Origin: a virus
DNA length: 64,000 bases
Reading direction: 5' to 3' (one strand)
IMG/VR virus record: IMGVR_UViG_3300045918_000470
Coordinates: 13,798 to 77,797 of that record
In this document: piece by piece, positions 41,244-50,191 of the stretch
Layout: the number at the start of each line of letters is the position of its first letter
Position numbering within the stretch: position 1 is the first letter of the stretch
Made by a program: the position numbers and the translations under genes
Notes under the pieces: generated by a model
Told to the model about the DNA's origin: nothing
Databases searched by the model: none
Seen by the model: only the letters and a program-made list of their open reading frames with translations

Positions 41244-42569
41244 ATGCAAAACCTAACAGAAAAATTCCAAAAAGAATTGTTGAGCGAAAATTTTTCGTCA
41301 ATTAAGAAATCAGACATGAATACTATGGCTGTTATTCTTGAACAACAAGAAAAAGCTATCGAAGCAATGTTGAAAGAAGGGACAGCTGCAGCTGACATCG
41401 CAGGATTTACAAAAATCCTTATGCCTCTTGTACGTCGTGTATATCCTAACTTGATCGCAAACGAAATTGCTGGTGTTCAACCACTTGCAGGTCCAACTGG
41501 ATTCATCTATGCAATGACAAGTTCATACACTGGTAACGGTATCAATGGTATCTCTCCAAGTCCTAAAAAACAAATCGTTGTTGTATCTAAAGCAGAAGGT
41601 GACCTTTTAACAGTTGCTGGAAAAGTTATTTACAAAGAATCAGCAGTAGTAGACGGTGTTGACGTAGTTAAAGTTCTTTGGAACGATGTAACTGCAGTAG
41701 CAAACGGAACTAACACAATCACTGACGGTACACATACTGCAGTTATTCTTGACACTTACTCAAACGAAGCAACATTTAATCGTGTTCTTAAAGGTTACAC
41801 AGGTCCATTCAGTACAGCAGCGGGTGAAAAACTTGGCGAAGATATGAATGAAATCGGATTCGAACTTAAACGTAAATCTGTTGAAGCACAAACTCGTAAA
41901 TTGAAAGGTAAATATACTCTTGAGATGTACCAAGATTTGAAATCTCAACACCAATTGAACGCTGATGAAGAACTTATGGGAATCATGAGTTACGAAATGC
42001 AAGCAGAAATTGACCGTGAAATCATCAACAAAGTTAATAACACAGCACGTGTTGCAACAGATGCTGCAATCGGTGGATATGATGGTCGTTGGGAAATCGA
42101 AAAATATCGTATTCTTGCAATCAAACTTGCTGACGAAGCAGCTAAAATTGGTCGTTTGACTCGTCGTGGTGCTGGTAATACATTACTTGTATCTCCAAAA
42201 GTATCAGTTGTTCTTGAAGCACTTGGTGGATTCACTGCAAGCGGTGTACAAACAACAGTTGATGGTATGTCTACAGCAGTAGCAGGAACATTCGATGGTC
42301 GTTACAAAGTTGTTGTTGACACTTTCGCAGAAAACGATTATGCAACTGTATTGTACAAAGGTCAAGATCGTCGTGATTCAGCTGTATTCTTCAGCCCATA
42401 CGTTCCAGCAACGTTCCAACGGGTAACACTTCAAGAAAGTGGCCAACCAGCTATCATCTTGTCACAACGTTATGCAATCGACACAACTCCTCTTAACCCA
42501 GAGAACTTCATCAGTACATTCGGTGTAGATTTCACGGCAGCAGCAGGTAAAGTATCTCCACTTCAATAA
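41244..42569 (+). CDS. gp23: Major capsid protein
   Basis: LVRRVYPNLIANEIAGVQPLAGPTGFIYAM, TRKLKGKYTLEMYQDLKSQH, EIDREII, FFSPYVP. Confidence 0.97.
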   Translation: MQNLTEKFQKELLSENFSSIKKSDMNTMAVILEQQEKAIEAMLKEGTAAADIAGFTKILMPLVRRVYPNLIANEIAGVQPLAGPTGFIYAMTSSYTGNGINGISPSPKKQIVVVSKAEGDLLTVAGKVIYKESAVVDGVDVVKVLWNDVTAVANGTNTITDGTHTAVILDTYSNEATFNRVLKGYTGPFSTAAGEKLGEDMNEIGFELKRKSVEAQTRKLKGKYTLEMYQDLKSQHQLNADEELMGIMSYEMQAEIDREIINKVNNTARVATDAAIGGYDGRWEIEKYRILAIKLADEAAKIGRLTRRGAGNTLLVSPKVSVVLEALGGFTASGVQTTVDGMSTAVAGTFDGRYKVVVDTFAENDYATVLYKGQDRRDSAVFFSPYVPATFQRVTLQESGQPAIILSQRYAIDTTPLNPENFISTFGVDFTAAAGKVSPLQ

Positions 42570-42601
42570 GTGGATGATACCTTAGTGTATCTCTAATACG
42601 T

Positions 42602-42637
42602 AGGTCATTCAATTTTTAATTGAGTGACCTTTTTTTA
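42602..42637 (+). terminator. Intrinsic terminator after gp23
   Basis: aggtcattcaatt-ttt-aattgagtgacct followed by a T run. Confidence 0.85.
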
Positions 42638-42732
42638 TCTCAAAAATTCTAGGAATTAATGAATGATGTGTTAACAATTATAACATAGTTTTGATTAATT
42701 TAAGTTGAAGGAAAGAAGATACAGTGTGAAAA

Positions 42733-43548
42733 TCACACTGTATATGCGTATGCGTTTGTTAAACCTGATGCACCTATATTTAATTCCATTACTACAATAA
42801 TTTCACTAGATGAATAAACAGGTGGTCTGATCCATATAATTTTTGGGTCCCATGTTATAGTTGCATCTAATGTATTAGTTAAAATAAGTTTAATAGTTTT
42901 TGACCAGAGTGATGTTGAGTTATCATTTGTTGTGAATTCTGGTAATGTCTTAAATGTAAAATTAACTGTTCCAGATAATACATCTTTTATAAGCAATGTG
43001 TTTTTAAGAAAATCAATAATATTATCTTCATCCCAGTCAGTACTCCATGAATCTTTAGACTCAATTACTCCACGAACCGTCATAAATGTACTTGGATACA
43101 TACCTATATATTCTGGTGAAAAATTATAACTTCCACCAGTAAAATTGATACCTCCAAGATTCATATTATTAAAAGTTGTTGCAGAATTCCAGTCTATATC
43201 TGTATTTGCATAGAGTTTACCATTAAGTGATAATGTTGAGTTAATTATAACTGAGTCTGAAGGATTGAACTCAACAGTTTGTCCCTAAACATAATTTTGA
43301 ATACTTATCTCAGGAACATTACTAGCACTATTCAATCCAGTACCAATAGAGATTTGCCCATCATTTAAATCAATATATGATCCACCATTTGAATTGGTAA
43401 GTGATGCTAATTCACCTACTTTAAGAGTTTTTAAAAAAGATTTGAATCCATCTATAATCTGGGTATCTGTTAAATTTACAACACTTAATAAATTCTGATC
43501 CATTTCTTGCCAGGTTAATTGTGCACCTTTAGAAGTTCTTGTTATCAT
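42733..43548 (-). pseudogene. Fibre-like gene with one in-frame TAG (43285-43287): pseudogene or amber readthrough
   Basis: Track ORFs 43285-43548 and 42733-43164 are in the same frame with no other stop between them; the TAG aligns with Tyr in the neighbouring paralog. Confidence 0.75.
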
Positions 43549-43573
43549 ATTATATCCTTTTAATACTTAATAC

Positions 43574-45616
43574 TTAATACTTAATACTTCTTTTACCACT
43601 CTCGACGGTAAGGAAATATGTTTTATTAGTTGGGGTACCTGCTGACGCCATACCACCAGTAATTAATACTCTACCAAATGAAAGTAGTAAAGCTCTATGC
43701 TCGAAAAGGTTACTTGGCATGATTATAGGATCACTATATAAAATTGTATTACCAACTATTGTTAAAATATAGGCTTTATTTGATAATCCAGCCATATCCG
43801 TATTAGATGACCCACCAGTAATTAATACTCTACCATCTAATAGTACTGTTTGTTCATGCCCGAATAAATCCGTCGGAAGTATGTTGCTTTCAACATACGT
43901 GATCGTCGTTCCAGTAATAGTACCAATATAAGTTTTGTTTGCTGCGCCAGTAGAAGTAAATCCACCAGTAATAAGAATTCGACCATCATGAAGTTGAGAA
44001 ACTCTATGATAATATAATGAGCTTGGAAGAGGAGTACTAGTAGTTATAGTCATAGGAGTACCCAACCCATTATACTGAACTATTGCTGTAGTGTTTTGCG
44101 GTACTGAATTCTTGATACCACCCATAAATAATACTCGATTATCAGCTAATGTGATTTGTGAATACCCTACTGCCCCATTGTTGATCATTGGTAACATCCC
44201 ACTTTGACCAGGATTGGGTCCTGACCAATACCCGGCATTGAAAACTGATAAATCAGATCCGGTCCCATTAACTGAACCTTCACCAGATACTAGGAAAGCC
44301 TGCTCTCCGGTGTAATCAGGATGATTTAAAGGAGAAATTTTATAGGGAAGACCTCCATTAGTCATTGAAACATTAATACCAGCATTACTTGTGCTATTAG
44401 CAAATACATTCCCAGATATCTTGTAGAATTCCCCGACTGCTCCTTGAATCCCAGTAGTATCAAGAGCAAATTCATCAGTTGATAAGAATTGCATAGCGTG
44501 ATTAGCATACTCATATGTTAAGTTTGGACCAGCAACAAAAGTAACACTAGCAGTTGTAGCTAAATTAGGAAGGTTAAATGTTGTACTTCCATCACCAGCA
44601 CCATAAGTTGTACTAATAACAGCAAATAAAGCCGAGTACATAGTTCTTGAAATAGCTTGACCATTACATTCTAAGTAACCAGTTGGAATATTATTATATA
44701 GAACAATTGACCCAACTTCCGAATATGTATTTGATACTACAATATTCTTTAATTGTAAGAATGTTGTTTTCTTATAAGTACTTGTAATTGAATCCCAGAT
44801 AAGAAATTCATCTGTATTAGCCAGTATTGTTTTCTCAGTTAATGAATGTATATCTGTGCTACCACCAGAAATAGTAATATCGCCGGCACCAAGAATACTA
44901 GTACCATTAACAGTTTTAATATTAGTACCAGAAGCTAATGTAGCCTGTTTAGTAGCCAATGATGTACCAAGTAATGATTGAATAAAAGCTGTATTTGCCA
45001 TTTGAAAGGAATTATCATTAATTGGTATCGTTTTTTCATAAGAGGCATTTAACCCATTTCCATAATCATAAATTCGTAAAAAATCACAAATATTATTATG
45101 AGAGGAAATATCCCCAAAACCTGACGGTCCTTGAACATTTATACCGAATCCAAAAACACTAGGAGCTTGAAAAACAACAGTATCTGATGGTCGGAATACA
45201 ACACTCATCCCATAGCCAGTATTTTCAATACTTATCTCAGGAACATTACTAGCACTATTCAATCCAGTACCAATAGAGATTTGCCCATCATTTAAATCAA
45301 TATATGATCCACCATTTGTGTTTAATATAGAGACAATTCCATCTGTTTTGATTAACTGTGTAAATGTTTTCTGACCAGTTACATTTTGAACAGTATCAGT
45401 AGTAACAGCAGAAGTAACAGCAGATGTAACAAAAGCTGTTGTTGCAACCTTTGTTGTATTATCACCTGGTAAAGGTGTTGGTACAACGGGTGATGATGTG
45501 AATGTCTTAACACCATCAACAGTTTGTGCATCAAATATATTTACAGAACCTGCAAAATTGTCATCAAGTTCATCGTGTGATAATGCAGAACCTTTATTTC
45601 TTTTTAAAGTTATCAT
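43574..45616 (-). CDS. Fibre protein with tail-collar domain and Kelch-like propeller
   Basis: GYLECNGQAISRTMYSALFAVISTTYGAGDGSTTFNLPN; repeated H...L.DGRVLITGG. Confidence 0.85.
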   Translation of the reverse strand: MITLKRNKGSALSHDELDDNFAGSVNIFDAQTVDGVKTFTSSPVVPTPLPGDNTTKVATTAFVTSAVTSAVTTDTVQNVTGQKTFTQLIKTDGIVSILNTNGGSYIDLNDGQISIGTGLNSASNVPEISIENTGYGMSVVFRPSDTVVFQAPSVFGFGINVQGPSGFGDISSHNNICDFLRIYDYGNGLNASYEKTIPINDNSFQMANTAFIQSLLGTSLATKQATLASGTNIKTVNGTSILGAGDITISGGSTDIHSLTEKTILANTDEFLIWDSITSTYKKTTFLQLKNIVVSNTYSEVGSIVLYNNIPTGYLECNGQAISRTMYSALFAVISTTYGAGDGSTTFNLPNLATTASVTFVAGPNLTYEYANHAMQFLSTDEFALDTTGIQGAVGEFYKISGNVFANSTSNAGINVSMTNGGLPYKISPLNHPDYTGEQAFLVSGEGSVNGTGSDLSVFNAGYWSGPNPGQSGMLPMINNGAVGYSQITLADNRVLFMGGIKNSVPQNTTAIVQYNGLGTPMTITTSTPLPSSLYYHRVSQLHDGRILITGGFTSTGAANKTYIGTITGTTITYVESNILPTDLFGHEQTVLLDGRVLITGGSSNTDMAGLSNKAYILTIVGNTILYSDPIIMPSNLFEHRALLLSFGRVLITGGMASAGTPTNKTYFLTVESGKRSIKY

Positions 45617-45670
45617 TTATTGTCTCCAAAGTTTAACTGTGGTATTTTCTAACATAGTATTCCTTTTTGT

Positions 45671-46127
45671 TTATTTATAGGGATGCATCAGCAAGACCCA
45701 TCTACCTGTACCTACATTAACATCATTTTGAACTAATGTACCATATGTAGTTATAAGTGAAGCTATATTATTATATGTTGATGAAGATCCTCCATAAAAT
45801 AAAGAGTTTGTACCAACATCAGCACCTGCAGGTCTTTCCCTTGCGGAGCTTATATAAACCTCAGATTGTTTTAATATCATTAAAGTATCTATTATTGTGA
45901 GTGTGTTGATATTGGGTCAACCAAAGCAACACCTGCATCAAATACTGATTGACCTTCAGTTGCAATAAAATGATATTTTGCAGTACTAACTCCTGATAAT
46001 GCGTTATGTATAAATTCAGTAGTTGCTAACTGTAATGAACTATCCCCTGGTAACACAGTAGGTGCGTTGGTATGATAGCAAATGATGCCACATCCGTTAC
46101 GTGTAAATCTGTTGTATTAACTGCCAT
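45671..46127 (-). pseudogene. Decayed fibre/propeller gene
   Basis: MAVNTTDLHVTDVASFAIIP / frameshift / APTVLPGDSSLQLATTEFI...FIATEGQSVFD / frameshift / ...GADVGTNSLFYGG. Confidence 0.6.
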
Positions 46128-46131
46128 GTTA

Positions 46132-46761
46132 TTATCCTAATGTACCAAAGACGGAATCTCTAGTTGTTGTTGATTTTGCTGCTTCTGTTTCTTGTTCTGT
46201 CTTGATGTCATTAAATACAGATGTTAGATTACTAAAATCATATTCATCATTCGGAATTAATTCTTCTACTTCATCACGTGGATTATAGTTATAGATTCTA
46301 CATTTTAACATATAGACATTTTTCCCGTTACTTTCTGTGAACATATTACTTAGACCTGCAACCTCATCCTCAATACCTGTAACCTCAAATATCTTACCTC
46401 GATTTACACGGATAAGATCACCTACACATTGCATAATATTTTTAAAATCTGTAACATCATATATAGATTTCATATATTCTTTTGAAACCATGAGGTTGAT
46501 CGAGTCAGTAAACTGTAATCCAAATTTACTAAACATATCACCGGCATTATCAAATGATTCTGTATTTTCAGGATATACCATGATAGGAAAAACATCATTT
46601 GAATTAGATTTTCTATAGTTAAATTCATTAAAGATAATATTTCTTCCAATATTATCAATCTTAAAGTATTCAACCTGGATACCAAACTTGTCAATGAACT
46701 CTTTGCTTTGTCTGCTGAATAAATTGTATTCATTTGGGCTTGAGTTAAAGTTCCATGCCAT
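46132..46761 (-). CDS. gp14: Neck protein (head closure)
   Basis: EFIDKFGIQVEY, GDMFSKFGLQFTD, GDLI...IFEV, VFG C-terminus. Confidence 0.88.
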   Translation of the reverse strand: MAWNFNSSPNEYNLFSRQSKEFIDKFGIQVEYFKIDNIGRNIIFNEFNYRKSNSNDVFPIMVYPENTESFDNAGDMFSKFGLQFTDSINLMVSKEYMKSIYDVTDFKNIMQCVGDLIRVNRGKIFEVTGIEDEVAGLSNMFTESNGKNVYMLKCRIYNYNPRDEVEELIPNDEYDFSNLTSVFNDIKTEQETEAAKSTTTRDSVFGTLG

Positions 46762-46854
46762 ATGTACTCCTTCTTTTAGTTTATTTATAATTTAATCTAT
46801 TTCAAAGGTTCATTGTGTTATAATGTATTACACATTTATATATGAAGGAAACAT

Positions 46855-47244
46855 ATGTCAGTAGACACAAAATATAACCACCTACGTAATGGTACATTAT
46901 ATGGTGGAGCAACAATTGGTTGGTCAATTCAAGATGACGATACATTAATTACTGCATTAGCAAAATGTAATAATGTAGATCGTTTTGTAAAATCAGAAGG
47001 TAGAGTAATCGTTGATATGAGGATTAATAACTACATCGCTAATCCTGAAAAAAATACAAGCAAGTATGTTGCAGTTGTAACATTAGATGAGGTACGTGCA
47101 TTTTTGTATGAAAACTCCGAGCGTGTGTTCCCAGTATTAAATCGTGATGCTACTTTGCGAGCGATTGAGTCCGTCACGATGCGTGATTTTAATTATAATA
47201 CACATGCATTTATTACACAAGGTGTTTTTGACGAAATTCTTTAA
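46855..47244 (+). CDS. Hypothetical protein
   Basis: TALAKCNNVDRFVKSEGR conserved-looking phage motif; early promoter upstream. Confidence 0.6.
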   Translation: MSVDTKYNHLRNGTLYGGATIGWSIQDDDTLITALAKCNNVDRFVKSEGRVIVDMRINNYIANPEKNTSKYVAVVTLDEVRAFLYENSERVFPVLNRDATLRAIESVTMRDFNYNTHAFITQGVFDEIL

Positions 47245-47363
47245 TTTATAAAATCTATAAATAAAACATAAGTAGTTCTTAAGGTACATTGTGTTATAAT
47301 ACACGTACATAAAAAGAATAAACGAATTTTGTATCATGAATTAGTTTAAAACATTAATTTGTT

Positions 47364-47386
47364 TTTAAGCAAAGTTATGATATAAT
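47364..47386 (+). promoter_or_regulatory. Early promoter of tRNA array 1 (second copy at 47278-47300; late CATAAATA near 47392)
   Basis: tttaagcaaagttatgatataat. Confidence 0.7.
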
Positions 47387-47426
47387 GTTCACATAAATAA
47401 AAACAATAAACACATAGGAGAATATC

Positions 47427-47564
47427 ATGTTTGGTATCGAAACAAGCGCATCATCAACAATCGCAACATATCGTGATACCAGCATTATCTCTTATACATC
47501 TACGTCTGATATTACCGATGCTTCGGCATCATATGAGATTAACTCGGCGGAAGCCAACTCCTAA
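47427..47564 (+). CDS. Leader peptide 1 (45 aa) upstream of tRNA array 1
   Basis: AGGAG RBS; MFGIETSASSTIATYRDTSIISYTSTSDITDASASYEINSAEANS; hairpins immediately after the stop. Confidence 0.75.
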   Translation: MFGIETSASSTIATYRDTSIISYTSTSDITDASASYEINSAEANS

Positions 47565-47710
47565 CAGAAAGTTATTTTGACTTTCTGTGATGGAAAGTCA
47601 AAATGATTCCTCAAGCACATACACGTGCAAAATTAATCAATTTTTCTTTTCATCTTGGATAAAAGTGTCGTATTCGTTTACGGCGTTCCATATTCGTATG
47701 GTCTTTTTTC
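47565..47710 (+). promoter_or_regulatory. Competing hairpins and terminator-like element between leader 1 and the tRNAs
   Basis: Hairpins 47565-47587 and 47571-47607 are mutually exclusive; ccata-ttcg-tatgg plus T tract at 47688-47710. Confidence 0.55.
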
Positions 47711-47738
47711 TCAAGTTTTACTCAAACAACTTGTTCGT

Positions 47739-47828
47739 GGGCGGTTAATCAACACTAACTGGATAGGTGCATCGGCTGTAACCCGGTTTCTTTATGGACT
47801 CTTGGTTCGAATCCAAGGCTGCCCACCA
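47739..47828 (+). tRNA. tRNA-Tyr(GTA)
   Basis: ctGTAac loop, long variable arm, GGTTCGAATCC, CCA; extra bases before the D arm. Confidence 0.8.
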
Positions 47829-47836
47829 TCATATAT

Positions 47837-47911
47837 GTCACCATGGAGAAGGGGTTATCTCGTCACACTTTCACTGTGAAGTCAGGGGTTCAAATCCCCT
47901 TGGTGATACCA
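47837..47911 (+). tRNA. tRNA-Glu(TTC)
   Basis: Cloverleaf, ctTTCac loop, CCA. Confidence 0.85.
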
Positions 47912-47915
47912 AATT

Positions 47916-47990
47916 GGGGATATAGTATAATTGGGAATACATAAGACTTGCAATCTTGAGTCGAGGGTTCGAATCCCTCTATCTCCACCA
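47916..47990 (+). tRNA. tRNA-Ala(TGC)
   Basis: G3-U70 pair, ctTGCaa loop, CCA. Confidence 0.9.
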
Positions 47991-48003
47991 AGAATTTAAA
48001 AAT

Positions 48004-48078
48004 GGTCTTGTAGCTCAGAGGCAGAGTGCTCCGTTGTCAGCGGAAGGGTCGGGATTTCAAAATTCCTCAGGATCGCCA
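48004..48078 (+). tRNA. tRNA-Asp(GTC)
   Basis: ttGTCag loop, GCCA end. Confidence 0.85.
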
Positions 48079-48085
48079 AAAATAT

Positions 48086-48159
48086 AGTTCTATAGCTCAA
48101 TGGCAGAGTAATCCCTTGATAAGGGATAGACGAAGGGTCAGTACCTTCTAGAACTACCA
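48086..48159 (+). tRNA. tRNA-Ile(GAT)
   Basis: ttGATaa loop, CCA. Confidence 0.85.
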
Positions 48160-48164
48160 AACAT

Positions 48165-48257
48165 GGGCAATTGGCAGAAATGGAATAATTGCACTAGTCT
48201 TGAAAACTAGCAGAGCGTCAAAAACTCTTGTTGGATCGTACCCAACATTGCCCGCCA
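48165..48257 (+). tRNA. tRNA-Ser(TGA)
   Basis: ctTGAaa loop, long variable arm, GCCA. Confidence 0.85.
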
Positions 48258-48262
48258 AAATA

Positions 48263-48343
48263 TGTTGTTTGTAGTATAATAGTTATTACAGGAGAGAACA
48301 GTGGACACTCCAGATACGGTGCAATTCCGTCGAGCGACAACCA
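48263..48343 (+). tRNA. tRNA-like RNA with enlarged anticodon loop (His/GTG-like?)
   Basis: Acceptor, D and T arms and CCA intact; ggag-agaacaGTGgaca-ctcc anticodon region is abnormal. Confidence 0.5.
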
Positions 48344-48349
48344 AAATAT

Positions 48350-48425
48350 GCCGATTTAGCTCATTCAGCAGAGCAGTAGTTTTGTAAACTACAGGTGAGG
48401 GGAGCAAAGCCTCTAATCGGCACCA
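48350..48425 (+). tRNA. tRNA-Thr(TGT)
   Basis: ttTGTaa loop, CCA. Confidence 0.85.
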
Positions 48426-48504
48426 GATTGATTTTTATGAAGGGTCTATTTCTTAAATGAAAATCTTTCACAAAAGTTAATAAATTCATAGAATTTAATC
48501 TAAC

Positions 48505-48527
48505 TTTAAGCTATACTATGTTATAAT
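48505..48527 (+). promoter_or_regulatory. Early promoter of tRNA array 2
   Basis: tttaagctatactatgttataat. Confidence 0.7.
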
Positions 48528-48596
48528 GTCTGTACATAAAAAGAAAAACATAGTTTTTCAAAACATAAATAAAACAATAAAAACAAGGAGCACACA

Positions 48597-48767
48597 ATGT
48601 GTAACACAAGCAGCAACGTACAAAATGTTAATGTCAATGTATTAAATCGCAATAGCGTGCTCCGTGCTAGTCAACTGAATTTGGCAGGGTTAAGCTTAGG
48701 GCAAAATCAAGCAGTTCAAAGTTGGTTAAATACTTCTAATTCTCTTTTACAGAATACTTCAATCTAA
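48597..48767 (+). CDS. Leader peptide 2 (56 aa) upstream of tRNA array 2
   Basis: AAGGAG RBS; MCNTSSNVQNVNVNVLNRNSVLRASQLNLAGLSLGQNQAVQSWLNTSNSLLQNTSI; hairpin at 48774-48801. Confidence 0.75.
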   Translation: MCNTSSNVQNVNVNVLNRNSVLRASQLNLAGLSLGQNQAVQSWLNTSNSLLQNTSI

Positions 48768-48875
48768 GTTTTCTTTAAAGGGGATTTAGTTCCCCTTTAA
48801 ATGATAAACAAAAACCAATCATTTAAAACACTAAATTCTCTATTGTTAATTCAATTTTTTCTTAGAATTCTCAGT

Positions 48876-48963
48876 TCTCTACAGCGCGCAAGGTGTGCGA
48901 GGCGACTGTTAATCGTTTGGCGAGAGTTAAATCCGATGCTTGGTTCGATTCCAAGGTGGAGAG
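48876..48963 (+). tRNA. tRNA-Asn(GTT), long variable arm, no CCA, extended acceptor stem
   Basis: ctGTTaa loop, U1-A72, G73; flanks pair over 48859-48978. Confidence 0.7.
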
Positions 48964-48997
48964 CTGAGAATTCAAGAAATCTATTAGATAACTTCGC

Positions 48998-49070
48998 TCA
49001 AGAGTAGGCAAACTGGTATGCCAACGGTCTTTGAAGCCGTAGATTGTAGGTTCGAACCCTGCCTCTTGAG
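48998..49070 (+). tRNA. tRNA-Gln(TTG), no CCA, extended acceptor stem
   Basis: ctTTGaa loop, U1-A72; 20 bp perfect stem over 48985-49082. Confidence 0.75.
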
Positions 49071-49137
49071 CGAAGTTATCTATTTAGAATATAGGACGTA
49101 TTACTTTGAAAATGATAAATAAAGTATATATTTATCT

Positions 49138-49941
49138 AGGAACTACACTTTACATTATGATAACTTAATCAATAGAGCTAAAGAAAGAACTCTTGAAAGT
49201 TACACCGAATCTCATCATATAATACCACGTTGTTTAGGTGGTACAAATGATAAAGATAATTTAGTTGACTTAACAACAAGAGAACATTTTATAGCTCATT
49301 TGTTATTGTGGAAGATACATCCTAATCATTATGGTTTAGTTAAAGCTATTTCTATAATGTGTGTTCAATCTACTAATATGAACGAAAATCGTTCTTGTAA
49401 TAGAATGTATGGATGGTTAAAGGAAAAATTTTCAGAAGCTCAATCTTTATCTCAATCGGGTGATGGTAATAGTCAATTCGGTACTATGTGGATTCATAAT
49501 TTAGATTTAAAAGAGTCTAAGAAGATACCTAAATCTGATGAAATACCTTTAGGATGGAATAAAGGTCGTAAAATTAAATTCGATCTTGAAAATATAAAGA
49601 AAGAAATTAAAGATCAAATCAAAGAGAGAAACAAAAATAAACTTGAAGAAAAACTTCAAGAAAAGAGAAATTCTTTCCTAGATATATTTGAAGCTTATAA
49701 AGCTTATGGATACAAATATGTTATTGAAAATTTTGATTATGATAAATCTGAAGGTGTTTTATATTCAAAATTGAAAACTCTTTTTGGAGAATTTAAAAAA
49801 CAATATGAAGTGAAAATTGATAGATTTTATATTTGTCAAGAATGTAAATGTACCTTCACGAAAAAAGGGAAGTCTACAGATAATTTTAAATGTTGTAGTA
49901 GAAAATGTTCTGGTTTATTGAATAGACCGAAATTTGGATAA
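49138..49941 (+). CDS. HNH homing endonuclease, apparent start codon lost (AGG at the Met position)
   Basis: Frame is open from 49123: NYTLHYDNLI...ESHHIIPRCLGG...LTTREHFIAH; GNSQFGTMWIHN. Confidence 0.75.
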   Translation, partial: RNYTLHYDNLINRAKERTLESYTESHHIIPRCLGGTNDKDNLVDLTTREHFIAHLLLWKIHPNHYGLVKAISIMCVQSTNMNENRSCNRMYGWLKEKFSEAQSLSQSGDGNSQFGTMWIHNLDLKESKKIPKSDEIPLGWNKGRKIKFDLENIKKEIKDQIKERNKNKLEEKLQEKRNSFLDIFEAYKAYGYKYVIENFDYDKSEGVLYSKLKTLFGEFKKQYEVKIDRFYICQECKCTFTKKGKSTDNFKCCSRKCSGLLNRPKFG

Positions 49942-49946
49942 AATAT

Positions 49947-50023
49947 GCTCGTCTAGTGCAACGGTAGACGCATCAGACTTAAAATCTGTCCAGGTGTGGG
50001 TTCGAATCCCACGGCGAGCACCA
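49947..50023 (+). tRNA. tRNA-Leu(TAA), short variable arm
   Basis: ctTAAaa loop, CCA. Confidence 0.85.
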
Positions 50024-50034
50024 AAATTATAAAT

Positions 50035-50108
50035 GCTTCCTTAGTGAAATGGTATCACACCTTCCTTCCAAGTAGGAGTCGTCGGATCGTTACCGACAGG
50101 ACGCACCA
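50035..50108 (+). tRNA. tRNA-Gly(TCC)
   Basis: ctTCCaa loop, CCA. Confidence 0.8.
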
Positions 50109-50110
50109 AT

Positions 50111-50185
50111 GCCAGATTAACTCAAAAGTAGAGTGTTTCCCTTACAAGGAGAAAGTAGTAGGAGCGTTACCTACATCTGGTACCA
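50111..50185 (+). tRNA. tRNA-Val(TAC)
   Basis: ctTACaa loop, CCA. Confidence 0.85.
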
Positions 50186-50191
50186 AAAAAT

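Noticed and set aside
33554-45318. Diversity-generating retroelement template/variable repeats
   Set aside because: The repeats are identical or differ in non-adenine-specific ways, and there is no reverse transcriptase in the window.
3551-45680. Antisense and alternate-frame ORFs inside structural genes (for example 3551-4042, 5466-5963, 40428-40868)
   Set aside because: Shadow ORFs expected from codon bias of the sense gene.
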